NCBI GenBank assembly: GCA_951406725.2
Contig: OX597819.1
Span: 111,662,001 to 111,726,000, forward strand
Length of the DNA: 64,000 nt
Direction of reading: 5' to 3'
Origin: Octopus vulgaris
Lineage: Eukaryota
Shown: positions 1 to 12,810 of the stretch, piece by piece
Numbering within the stretch: the stretch's first letter is position 1
How the letters are laid out: each line of letters begins with the position of its first letter
Position numbers and translations under genes: made by a program
Notes under the pieces: generated by a model
The model's database searches: none
Told to the model about the DNA's origin: nothing
Seen by the model: the letters and a program-made list of their open reading frames with translations, nothing else

Positions 1-280
1 ATATACCCACAAGTGCGCCCATGCACAGATACGCACATGCGCACACACGCATGCGCACGTATGCAAGCACACACTTCACACTCATACACCCATGCACACG
101 TACTGAAGGACCCGCGCAACACGCACACCTATGTTCACGTACGCACACACAGGCACGCACATACATTCACACCCATTCACTCATTCGCACTCACGCACAC
201 ACATACACGCACATGCACACAAACATGTGCACATACATATGCTCACTAACACACACACTGACATACACACACACACACTC
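1..280. repeat. Degenerate (CA)n/(TACA)n microsatellite
   Basis: Direct reading; ORFs here are His/Thr runs. Confidence 0.9.
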
Positions 281-699
281 AGCAAATGATACGCTCCTTC
301 ACTTCTCCTTAACATTCCGTACACAGGCGTCATCCACTCGTAACCCAGACACTTCGCACCAGACTTGCTCCACTCCCCTGATTTCAATGCCAGTTATTCG
401 TACCATTCTATAATAGGAACGCTGGTGGGTATTATTCTCTTGTAGTTTTTATTTTGCTTTGTTTTTATTAGTTATTGGTGGCCTTTAAATGTTTCTTGAC
501 CGTTGACATCAGATTGCGTTGTGCGATCAGAAAATATTAATACGGCAGTATGTGGCCTTAGAATTTGCAAAACCACACTCTTTGTCTTCCGGTGGCTTAT
601 ATTATAGTTTGCTCTGATTAATAAACATCTCAAAAGCCTTGTTATACATGGACATGGACACTTGCGCAAGACACAAACACACACAGAAACACACGCATA

Positions 700-1011
700 C
701 GTATATCATTGGTTGGCATTCTTTTTGTCTCGGGAGACAATGGAGTTGCGCATAAAGTAGTCTAGTCCGGCTTTTACATTTCATGTCCTGATACATTTCC
801 TGCTGTGGCTGTAAAGTCCTATCCTGGACAAACACTCCTTCTGGCAGGTACCGCAAATGTAGCGAAGACTGTTCCTGGCTGGTTGTAATGCCATAGTTTC
901 TTGTTGACGTCTTTTCTTGTCTTTCCATTTCTCCTTTCTCTCTCTGTCACTCCTTTGTATTCCCTCTCTTACGGTACGTCGCCAGTCTCCACGGTTGCCG
1001 GCAACTGCCTC
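700..1011 (-). mobile_element. RTE-clade LINE, 3' end fragment
   Basis: Minus frame 1011->781 reads EAVAGNRGDWRRTVREGIQRSDRERKEKWKDKKRRQQETMALQPARNSLRYICGTCQKECLSRIGLYSHSRKCIRT*. The A.xR..WR and CxxC...SRIGLxSHxR motifs are typical of the RTE ORF C-terminus; a short 3' UTR follows. Confidence 0.85.
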
Positions 1012-1532
1012 TTATTATTATTATTATCATCATCAGATATTCTGGAACTCTGGCAATATGTCTTTAGCACTCTTTCGTACAGTATGTAGCTCGTCGATCA
1101 TCCACAGTCATCCGAAACATTTCTTGTGAACATTCTGGACAGTTCCATCCCCATCGAAATTACTTTTTATTCACCTTCGAGCTGTGCAGATAATACCGGA
1201 CTGATTTGATGACTATTGACTGTCGCAACTGGTTTAAATAGCCTTAACAATTTTCTGATTAACATATCACAACATTCCTGGTGATTTAGAATGAATACAG
1301 TTTTTAACTGAATTATCTATCACAATTATGTAATTATATATTTATTCATGTCTATTATAATGAAAGAGCTGTTGAGCAAAATTAGAATATGAGGTGTGTG
1401 AAATGTTGCTCTTGAAGATTGCATAACCCGATTATGTATGTACATGCAAGTTTGTCACATTTGGGTTTACGACATTGTAATAACTTGCTAGTGTTTACAC
1501 ACACACACAAATATATATGTGTATATATACAT

Positions 1533-1573
<41 letters not shown>

Positions 1574-1577
1574 CTTA

Positions 1578-2166
<589 letters not shown>

Positions 2167-2212
2167 CACGTAAGTTTATCTTAATATATTTGATACGACT
2201 CTTTCATTTAAT

Positions 2213-2259
<47 letters not shown>

Positions 2260-2689
2260 TTCGTTTTCTCTCTAATCCTTTCTCTAATTCTTTTTTCTCC
2301 TCTTCACCGTTTTCTTCTGTCTCTCTCCTTCTTCCTCCATTACTCTCTCTCTCTCTCTCTCTCCCTCTCGTTGCTCACACGTGACTATCGCCCATCTTTC
2401 TTTCCCTTCAGCCTGTTGCGCAGTCCAGACGCATTCATCTGTCTCATCTATCTTTTCTCTTATCAAAGAATCTTCTTCAAGCGTTCGCTACTTTACCTCT
2501 TCTGAGCCTAACGGCCCTCCCTGTTTGTATTTGTTTCGCTTGCTTTGTTGTATTTCCTGTTTTTGTTACCAACTTTGACTCTCCGCAAATCCCAAATTTT
2601 ATTTTGGTTCATTGGAGCAACTGCCTTCAAAGCCTTACCTTGTTGTTCATTGCTCGGAATAAGGAGTAGAAGTGTCGTTTTGTTTTTGA

Positions 2690-2800
2690 TACTTGTTTTG
2701 TTTTCCCTTTGTTTCTCTCGTTCTTTGCGTACCCAACGTTATTCTCGTATTTCATGTTGCTTACGTTTTGTGACGTCATGTACCCATATATGCATACCTA
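2690..2800. repeat. Third copy of the 1862-2066 repeat unit
   Basis: gcgtacccaacgtt...tttcatgttgcttacgttttgtgacgtcatgtacccatatatgcatacc matches about 1990-2070 in the same orientation. Confidence 0.8.
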
Positions 2801-2885
2801 TATACATATATATGTATGTATGTATGTACATATGTGTGTATATATCAATATATATATATAAATTATTTATATATATCTTTATATA

Positions 2886-2966
<81 letters not shown>

Positions 2967-2976
2967 CATATATACA

Positions 2977-3012
<36 letters not shown>

Positions 3013-3067
3013 TGTATGTATGTATGTATGTATACTTACGCATGTATATAGGTATTATATATATTTA

Positions 3068-3591
3068 CAAGGTGGGTCAAAATTAATTCCCCAACTTGAG
3101 TTTTTGAAAATCCAACGATTTCGTAGGTGCTGATTGAGGAAGTTTCTTACACGTTTGTCATAATGAGAAAGTGCTCCATCTTGCACAAAGATTTTGGAAT
3201 TGACGCTATTGAAAATACGGCCAGATGACGTTTTCACACAACGCCAGGTCTCTCGTTGAATATGTAATGCACAAATTCCTGAAGACGATATCGCCGCCCA
3301 AATGACATGAGAAGGTGAATTGACGTGCTTATTCCCAAACCACTACATGGTCATCTTTTGAATAATAGAAGCAGTTATGGAGGTTGATGTGATCGGAAAC
3401 ATGAAAGGTTGCTTCCTCAGAGAAAATTAGTCGATCAAAAAATCTGGTATCTCTGGTTTCTGAGAGCATCCTCTCACATCGAAGAATCAATAACATATAG
3501 AAATAATTACAGCATGCATCAAGAAACTACAGAACTAATAGACACACATAATTAGGACACAAAGTTGGGGCACAAATTTTGGCCCACCTTG
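3068..3591 (-). mobile_element. Internally deleted Tc1/mariner element (DD41D/rosa- or DD37D-like)
   Basis: TIRs caaggtgggtcaaaatt / aattttggcccaccttg with TA on both sides. Minus-strand remnants read LIFSEEATFHVSDHINLHNC and [28 protein letters not shown]. Confidence 0.88.
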
Positions 3592-3619
3592 TATACATAC
3601 ATACAAACATATATATAGG

Positions 3620-3708
3620 CATTTGCCCAAGGTACCACGCAGTGGGGCTGAACCGAGAACCATGTGGTTGGGAACCAAGCTTCCTACCACACAGCCACTC
3701 CTGCGCCT
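3620..3708 (-). mobile_element. SINE-A 5' (tRNA-like head) fragment
   Basis: Matches the head of the fuller copies at 35730-36140 and 50435-50823. Confidence 0.85.
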
Positions 3709-3893
3709 GTATGTGTGTGTGTGTGTAAAGTGAATTTAATTAGCTTATAGCCGCTTTTGCTACACATGCTTTCCCCAATACAATCGTATTTCAGTTTTGA
3801 AGATCCGACAAAGGTATAAGATAACACACAGGCACTAAAATATGAGTACATTGCATCGTATAGCAGATAAAAGCTATAAAGCTATAAAGATAT

Positions 3894-3966
<73 letters not shown>

Positions 3967-4779
3967 CAGACAAACATACTACTATCCCTATTAACATCAT
4001 CACTAGCAACTTAGCCGCCACTCCAACCTCTACGAACAACACCGCTGCTAACAAAGCCGCGACCACCATCAACACCATTATGATAAACTCCAATACCACC
4101 GACAATAGCGTCGCCGTCATCACCAACGGAACCAATAGCAAAACCACCGTCATCATTACCAGCAATGTCACTAGCACCACCTTTACCATTCGCCAATCCC
4201 ATCACCAACACCACCATTACCATCATCGACCACTGCATCAATGGTCTCTATTCAACCAGAAACCACACTACAGCTCATTTCTTAATCTAATTGGGATGAT
4301 ATCGTTGTTCCGCCCTGTTCAACAATACTTCTCCCTACTCCCCTTACTGCATTCTACTCAACCCCTCTCCAAATTCTCTCTCTCTCTCTCTCTCTACTTT
4401 ACTCCCTAAACTTTCTCTTCCTCCCCCCAACCCCACTCTTCAGTTTCCACCCTTTCTCTTTCTCTCTCACCTCCATCTCTTATACTCTCTCCACTCACCA
4501 AACCTAGCCTCGTTCTCACCAATTGCTGCAACCTTATCACGGCCACCATTTTCTCACTTGACTTTATTACATTATTTTTTTTTTGTTCTCCTTATCTTAG
4601 TTATTTATATATCTATTTGTTTGTGGCTATTGTTAATTTTTTATATATTTATTTGTGCTTATTTATCTATTTATTTATTTATTTATTTATTTCAATTTAC
4701 CGACAACACTACAATTAGTAGAGTTTATTTGTCGAAGTTCTCAGATTGTTCATGTTGCATTGGTTGTAGTTGTTCTTCT

Positions 4780-5073
4780 CGTCATCGTCGTCATCGTCAT
4801 CGTTGGTGTCGTTGTCATCATCACCGTCGTCGTTTCTTTTGTTGTTTATTGTTGGTGTTGTTATTGTTGCTGTTCTTGTTCTTTTTTTTCCCTCTTGGCA
4901 GTAAATAAAGCCCTTCATCATTGTCATCACTTTGTTTCCCTCTCACCCCATTGCTCTTATTCTACCTCTTTCTCCTCCTCAACCTCCTCCTCCCCTCCTC
5001 CTCACCATCATCATCATCATCATCATCATCATCGTGATCATTATCATCGTCATCGACATCGTCGTCATATCCG

Positions 5074-5146
<73 letters not shown>

Positions 5147-5316
5147 CATCGTCATCTTCATCATCATCATCATCATCGTCGTCATCGTCCTCGTCGTCGT
5201 ATTCATCGTCCTCCTCCTCCTCCTCATCTTCATCATCATCATCATCATAGTCATGACCATCAACCATTGCCTTTCTTCTTTCGTTTTTGTGCGTGTGTGT
5301 CCTTGTGTGTATACAG

Positions 5317-5383
<67 letters not shown>

Positions 5384-5662
5384 ATTTGTGTGTGTTTGTG
5401 CATGTGAGCGAGCGTATGTATGTTCAGTTGTTGTGTTCGTGTGTATACGGATACGAGAAGAGAAAATTGAAAAGAAAGAGAATCTTGGATCGGATAGGGA
5501 TGAGGTATAAAAAAATCAAGAAAGATATTAATAGCGAAGAAAAAAAGAACTTATAGAATGAGACTGTGAAATTAAAAGAGAACGAAGCGAAAGAAAGAAG
5601 ATAGAATGAGAGGTAGAGAGAGAAATAGAGAGTGTAATGGAGAGAAAAATAGATAGATAGAT

Positions 5663-5696
<34 letters not shown>

Positions 5697-6183
5697 GGAG
5701 TTATGGTTTGATGGAGGTGAAAGGGATGGGTTGGCTTGGTGGATTGGATTATTACTAAATACATGAGTATTGTGTGTGTGTGTGTGTGTAGCTACATATT
5801 TACATACGTATTTATATATAAACATTTATATATATATGTTTACAAAAATATATTTATATATATATGTCTGTATGTATGTGTGTATGTATGTGTGTATGTG
5901 TGTATGTATGTATGTATGTATGTATGTATGTATGTATGTATGTATGTATTATGTATGTATGTATGTATGTATGTATGTATGTGTGTGTGTATGTATGTAT
6001 GTATGTGTGTGTGTGTATGTATGTATGTATGTATGTATGTGTGTGTGTATGTATGTGTGTATGTATGTATGTATGTATGTGTGTATGTATGTATGTATGT
6101 ATGTATCTATGTATGTATGTATGTATCTATGTATGTATGTATGTATGTATGTATGTATGTGTACATGTATGTATGTGTGTATG

Positions 6184-6214
<31 letters not shown>

Positions 6215-6220
6215 GTATGT
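4780..6220. repeat. (CAT/CGT)n, (GA)n, (GATA)n and (TATG)n microsatellite block
   Basis: Direct reading. Confidence 0.95.
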
Positions 6221-6558
6221 GTGATAGATGAGAGGGTCACGCAGCATTCTCTCTCGTCCTTCATCATGTCAAAAAGTACGAGAAAGTTCTAAGTCGACAC
6301 ACGGTTTCGTGTGAACGACGAAATGTGTACGTGTTGTGTGTGCATGTGTGTGTGGGTAAAAGGGAGAGACAGAAACAGAGAGAGAGAAAGGAAGGAGAAA
6401 GATTGTGTATCAAACGATTGTGTTTTGTGTGTTTGTTTGTATCTTTATGCGTATATGTACGGGCGTGTGCGTATGAATGTAACTGAGCTGTGCTTATATG
6501 TGTGAATGTATGTGTGTTTCACGTTTGCAACTGAAGATATATCTGTCTTTGTGTATGC

Positions 6559-6615
<57 letters not shown>

Positions 6616-6691
6616 TATCTGCGTTTCTCTCTAAGTGTATGTAAGAGAGAAAGAGAGAAAGCTGGTGGTTTAGAAAAAGACAGAGGAAGGA

Positions 6692-6723
<32 letters not shown>

Positions 6724-7689
6724 AAATAGAAAGAAAGAAAGAAAGAAAGAAGGAAAGAAAGAAGGGTGAGGAGAAAAGAGTGCTGGACTATTATCTTGTC
6801 AGGAACTGCGAGACATTAGCACCGTCTAATAAGGTCATGTTTGTTCCTGCTTGGCAAAAAAAAGAAGTGATGTAGAGGGAAAGGGAACTGTCACTGAGAA
6901 AGAGGGAGGAGGAGGATATGAAAAAGAGAGGAAGAGAGACAGATATATGAAGGGGAAGAAAAAAGAATTGATACTGATAAACTAGCAAATATATTTCCCC
7001 CACCCCCACCCTCCCAGTGACAAGGACAATTTTGATAGATTTGTATTTCTTTTTCGGATCACTACGTTAAATATGTTATCATTGACTTAACTATTTGTTT
7101 TCTATGCAAATGACGTCTCTAGATATTTTCCCTCGGTCATTGTGTAATGGTGTCACGCCTACTCGTGTACTTCAATATCGAAGTTTCTCTTATCACCAAC
7201 CTACTTAACAAAGCTTCTCCAAGGATGGCTAATGAGGCCGAAACATGCCTGAAGTTGTCGCTACGCTGGCTAAAGCTCAGATAATTAATATTAAGCCTTC
7301 AGTCAATGTTTCGTTCATGAAGTTTTCTGAACTGTCTTTCTATTTGTCTTGGTTAATTTTCAGCATTGCAATAACGTTTTCACTGAGGGTAGAATTTTGG
7401 TTAATTATTTGGCTCATAGCTATCCATATAAATGTTTGTGAGTATGTATATGTATCTGTGTATATGTATCTGGGTATGTCCATTATATATGCCAAGAAAA
7501 GACACAGTACCCAAAGCATGTTGTAAAGTTTATTCGCTTGCTGCTTCTTATTCTTATTCTTTATTTCTTTTCTTATACTCTGTAAGATCTTTATATAAAC
7601 GTATACATACGCACATGCATATATACATGTACACATATATACATATATACATACATATATATATATATATATTTATATATATACACATT

Positions 7690-8080
7690 CATACATACAT
7701 ACATGTGTGTGTGTGTAACTACATGTGGATTGTTGGTGATTTTTTTCTCCGTCTTCCTTTTCTCTTGGAGTTGCCTCTGTCTCCTGCTTCTGAAGAAGAG
7801 CTTTGCTCGAAACGTAAAACCCTTTCTTTCCTTCCCTGAGCGTCTTATTAATACTTTGCGTGTACCAGGTCCTCACGTTGTTGTTTTTTTTCTTGTGTTT
7901 TTTCACCGTTTTTTTTTTTTAGATTAACTATAAGCAACAGGATATCCAGAGGTGATACAGTACGACCGTTTCAAGCGGCTCCATTTAATTGAACAATGTA
8001 ATCATTACATCAATTTAAATGCAGATCTATCCTCAATTTAATCAGTCGGACACGTTTGCATAATTTTACTTTAATCTTCT
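7690..8080. mobile_element. Penelope-like terminal-repeat fragments
   Basis: Contains a minimal hammerhead motif at 7784-7820. The segment near 7930-7975 resembles 52660-52705 in reverse complement (cctctggatatcc). Confidence 0.55.
7784..7820 (+). ncRNA. Minimal type I hammerhead ribozyme motif (Penelope-associated)
   Basis: CTGAAGA-A-GAGC(ttt)GCTC-GAAA-CG-TA: intact core and 4-bp helix II; helix I is weak in this copy. Confidence 0.6.
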
Positions 8081-8084
8081 AAGA

Positions 8085-8514
8085 GGGTAAGAAGACAGAC
8101 AAAGTCCATGCTGTTTCCACTTTAGCATAGAAGCTACTAAGACATCAGCTACTAAGCTACTAAGACATCAGGAGAAAAAGAAACTTGTTAGGATTCGAGC
8201 TTGTCTTTGATTATTGGGGTCGGTTATGATTTATAGCCATTATAGTTACTTTACACTACTTCTAAATAATCTTGACAAGTTTTATGACGATACCCACTAT
8301 GATTCTGTCATCTCCCTCATGCTCTTTTCTAACTGACACTGCTCCATTGTCTTAGATTTTGATATACAAAGATTTAATAAACTAGGACTATAAATCATAA
8401 CCGACCCCAAAAATCAGTGACACGCTGAACCCTAACAAGTCTCTTTTTTCCTGATATCTTAGTAGCTTCTAAACTGAAGTGAAAACAGCATGGATTTTGT
8501 CTGTCTTCTTACCC
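8085..8514. mobile_element. Long-TIR MITE/foldback element (GGGTAAGAAGAC termini)
   Basis: 8085-8238 is an imperfect reverse complement of 8385-8514; no TSD visible. Confidence 0.8.
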
Positions 8515-8954
8515 AATTTCCGGTGAAGCGACATTCCGATGCTCAGTCGAGGAGGAGGGTGTTGCGGCAAGCTTGGAAGCCACACTTACGAACCCGTTTG
8601 CTGGTGCAACAACCTCGTGTCCCGGCTGTGCTGGCAATTTTCACGGGATATGGTCAGTGATGAGTTTCTTCAGTCACGATTTGGTAGCCATCATCATACA
8701 TACATACACACATATATCACATTCATACATACAAATATATACATATACACACTATACGCATACACACATTTCCACAATACGAGCGCAAAAAACATCCGTA
8801 TGTATACATATATATGCTATGTCTTCAAGCGGCTGCAAAGGTAGTGTCTTCTGATCTGTTCCAGAATTCTTTGTCTCCAATTATTATTGACAGGTCTTCA
8901 ATTTCATGCTGTGTATCTTTGACAATAACATCAATGCGGTAGTATAGTTTATGT

Positions 8955-9245
8955 CAATGCTTCTCAAACTATCTGATGTGGCGCACCGGCAATATTTTTT
9001 TTTCAGGAACCGGGAATATTTCTTAGTAATATTAATTTATACCGGAAACAATAAATATAATGAATATAATAAAAGTTGACAATTTTTTTATCGTATATTT
9101 ATTTTGTTTATTTTGTAAATAAATAATACAATATTACATAAGTATTATATAACGTTTCTTTCTTTTCTGGAAACTCGCCGCTTACCGGCAGCTGATGGCT
9201 CGCGGACCGGCACCGATCCGTGGACCACTGCTTTGAGTAACACTG
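8955..9245. mobile_element. hAT (Charlie-like) MITE
   Basis: Ends caatgcttctcaaac / ctttgagtaacactg; perfect 8-bp TSD gtttatgt (8947-8954, 9246-9253). Confidence 0.92.
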
Positions 9246-9540
9246 GTTTATGTCATTTAAGCTACAGATGTTTCTAAAATATAGCATTTGTTGTAGCCTG
9301 GCTCTCACTAATACTAGTCGCCTGCTAAGTCTACCCTACGTTGAGCAACGATAGTAAAATGTGTCTATAAATATCTTCGTTGGTCTTCTAACACCTACAC
9401 CAAAGTGGCCACTCAACTTTAGCCGTCAAAATTAGAACCCTTAATTTTACAAGGTAGAAATCCTCGTACCAGTGCCCTATCAAAGAAACCTTATTCCATA
9501 CTCTATCAAGATATAGTAAGAACTAACTTTTATTAATATA

Positions 9541-9760
9541 TATTTCTTTACTACCCACAAGGGGCTAAACACAGAGGGGACAAACAAGGACAGACAAACG
9601 GATTAAGTCGATTATATCGACCCAGTGCGTAACTGGTACTTATTTAATCGACCCCGAAAGGATGAAAGGCAAAGTCGACCTCGGCGGAATTTGAACTCAG
9701 AACGTAACGGCAGACGAAATACGGCTACGCATTTCGCCCGGCGTGCTAACGTTTCTGCCA
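9541..9760 (-). mobile_element. SINE-C (MetaSINE-like central domain)
   Basis: Minus strand has a tRNA-like head, gcctttcatcctttcggggtcgat...gtaccag (Meta-like domain) and an ...aaagaaata tail; multiple copies in the window. Confidence 0.88.
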
Positions 9761-10059
9761 TAATAGGGATAGACATTTCTTATATGTATTTCCCTGTCAC
9801 TATCTCTTCACAATTTTTCTTTTTTCCTTTGTGTCTCTCTATATACTTTACTGCTAGTTTCACATTTTACCTCTCCAGTTTCATTAACAGAGCTTGTTTA
9901 CAATTCCCCGATATTTTCATAATGTTCTTTCTGCTTTTCAGCTCTCGGATTCATTTGGTCTGTCATCTGGTCTCCATGGCGTATAAGTGAACAAGATCAC
10001 AATATTATTCCTTGGTACGTTACAGGACTCAAGGTGTGCAATTACTGAGGAAAGGGAAC

Positions 10060-10245
10060 AAGTTGATTAGATCGATCATACTTGACTACTACTTTAAGTT
10101 TTCAGAGTTGTCACCTTTCTTTTTGTCCCCGAAGGGATGAAAGGCAAAGCTGATCTCGTTGATATTTGAATTCAGAATGTACGGAATCGGAAGAAATGCT
10201 ACTAACCGTTTTGTCCATGTTCTAGCGCTTCTGCCATCTCGGTGC
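10060..10245 (-). mobile_element. Degenerate SINE-C
   Basis: cccgaagggatgaaaggcaaag...tttgaattcagaatgta matches the SINE-C core. Confidence 0.7.
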
Positions 10246-10322
10246 CTTTTTTTCTTTTTTTACGGTATTAAGCTTCGTCTGTTCATATATCTAACACTAA
10301 CCTTACACTACATTCATTTCCT

Positions 10323-10380
<58 letters not shown>

Positions 10381-10419
10381 ATATATATATATATATATTC
10401 TTTTAAATTCTTTAACTTC

Positions 10420-10590
10420 TTTCAGCCATTTCACTACTGCGGCCATGCTGGTGTACCGCCTTTAGTCGAACAAATCGCCCCCAGAACTTATTTTATCGGT
10501 CTCTCTTGCCAAGCCGCTAGGTTACGTAAACACACCAACATCGTTCTCAAGCGATGGTTGGGGGAGGGGGGCAAATACAGACACACAAAT

Positions 10591-10623
<33 letters not shown>

Positions 10624-10730
10624 CGACGGGCTTCTTTCAGTTTCCGTCTACCAAATCCATTCACGCAGTAGAACTGAACCCGGAACTATGTGGTTGGGAA
10701 GCAAGCTTCTTACCACATACCCACGCCTGC
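10420..10730 (-). mobile_element. SINE-A, internally deleted
   Basis: Tail gcggccatgctgg...ccgcctttagtcga and head cttcttaccaca match the other copies. Confidence 0.85.
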
Positions 10731-10802
<72 letters not shown>

Positions 10803-10804
<2 letters not shown>

Positions 10805-11118
10805 AAGCACTCCGTCGGTTACGACGACGAGGGTTCCGGTTGATCCGATCAACGGAACAGCCTGCTCGTGAAATTAACGTGTAAGTGGCTGAGCACTCCA
10901 CAGACATGTGTACCCTTAACACAGTTCTCGGGGATATTCAGCGTGATACAGAGAGTGACAAGGCCGGCCCTTTGAAATACAGGTACAACAGAAATAGGAA
11001 GTAAGAGTGAGAGAAAGTTGTGGTGAAAGAGTACAGCAGGGATCACCACCATCCCTGCCGGAGCCTCGTGGAGCTTTAGGTGTTTTCGCTCAATAAACAC
11101 TCACAACGCCCGGTCTGG

Positions 11119-11120
<2 letters not shown>
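10803..11120 (-). mobile_element. SINE-B with tail B1, head truncated by (TA)n
   Basis: Near-identical to 34767-35090. Confidence 0.92.
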
Positions 11121-11166
<46 letters not shown>

Positions 11167-11839
11167 CTATCGATTTGTCTATCTCTCTAACTATCTGTCT
11201 ACCTTTATTTATCTGTGTCCATCTTACAGCTTTCACTCTAGTTTCATTAATGCCTGCCACCATTCGTATTCTTTTCCAACCCCTCCCCACACAAATTCCT
11301 GTTGTTGTGGCTATCAGCTCTTTCATTTCAGTCCAATTCCGCATCTCTATGTTTTCTCGCTAACTCTCTTCCCGTCCACCTCCCTCCTCCTACCCCTTTA
11401 CTCTATCTCTCCAGCTCTACCTTTAATTTTATAGCTAATGTCCACTACCAACTCACCCGCTTCTCCTTCTTTCCATCTCACTTTATCACCTACAACAGCC
11501 ACCACCACTCAAACTCGCCCCAATGTACCCAATTTCAATTTTAAAATCAAGGGTACATAAAAAACACATTTTCTCTCCCTCTCTCCATCTCTCTTTCACA
11601 CACACGCACACACACAGACATATGCTCTCACACATTCAGAAATGTGTGCTGTTTGAAATGTTAGCCTTCTTATACTGGTCTATCTGTGTTAATCTATAGA
11701 CCCTTAGAGACAGGGCACATACAAACATAATCACACACTCGCACATATACACACATACATGCACACACACACATACATGTACATGCATACATACATACAT
11801 ACATACATGCACACATACATACCTCCATACATACATACA

Positions 11840-11914
<75 letters not shown>

Positions 11915-11965
11915 TATATATAATATATAAATATATATATATATATGTTCATGTACATATATATA

Positions 11966-12003
<38 letters not shown>

Positions 12004-12077
12004 CACACACAAACATACACACATTCAGCAACAATGGCTGCATCTGCTCTAAATGTTAGCCTCTTCTACTGTGGTGG

Positions 12078-12096
12078 TGGCGCCCCCTAACGGTGA
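12078..12096 (-). promoter_or_regulatory. Candidate CTCF binding site
   Basis: Minus strand TCACCGTTAGGGGGCGCCA versus the CTCF consensus TGGCCACCAGGGGGCGCTA; lies in a non-repetitive island. Confidence 0.6.
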
Positions 12097-12245
12097 AAGG
12101 TGAAACCTGAGCATCACGTAAACAAACGCAATTATCTATAATTTTCTTGTCTTCCACTGCCGGTGTTGTATGTTTTTGTTTGGTGGTGACTGGCACGGCT
12201 GAGGAAAAGGTTGGTGGAAGGACGGGGTGCATATACACGGCTTAG

Positions 12246-12258
12246 GGGTCAAAGGTGA
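12246..12258 (+). promoter_or_regulatory. Candidate nuclear-receptor DR1 element
   Basis: GGGTCA-A-AGGTGA matches the DR1 pattern RGGTCA-n-AGGTCA (HNF4/COUP-TF/RXR) with 1 mismatch. Confidence 0.4.
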
Positions 12259-12495
12259 AGTGGAGGGGGGGAGTGCATATAAAAAAATGAAAAATGAACA
12301 GAAACTTAGTGGCTGCAGATTTAAAACTAAGAAACGGAAAAAGAAAAATCAAAATCAAATTTAAAATGTAACAATTAAAATTATTTCGGAATACATCATA
12401 ATCTTCCCACCCTACATCTCCTCTACTTCATCTCCTTCAACATTATCACCATCATCAACATCATAGTTATCACATCATCATCATCATAGTTATCA

Positions 12496-12551
<56 letters not shown>

Positions 12552-12569
12552 ATCAACAGCACCACCTTA

Positions 12570-12810
12570 GATACTCTTTTACTCTTGTACTCTTTTACTT
12601 GTTTCAGTCATGTGACGGTGGCCATGTTGGAGCACCACCTTTAGTCGAGCAAATCGACCCCAGGACTTATTCTTTGTAAGCCCAGTACTTATTCTATCGG
12701 TCTCTTTTGTCGAACCGCTAAGTTACGGGGACGTAAATACACCAGCATCGGTTGTCAAGCGATGTTGGGGGGACAAACACAGACACACAAACTTATTACA
12801 CACACACAAA
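12570..12810 (-). mobile_element. SINE-A 3' half
   Basis: (tactcttt)n tail and body match 35730-35950. Confidence 0.9.

Noticed and set aside
4655-5330. Poly-His / poly-Ile / poly-Asp ORFs
   Set aside because: (CAT)n microsatellite open in several frames, with no complex domain.
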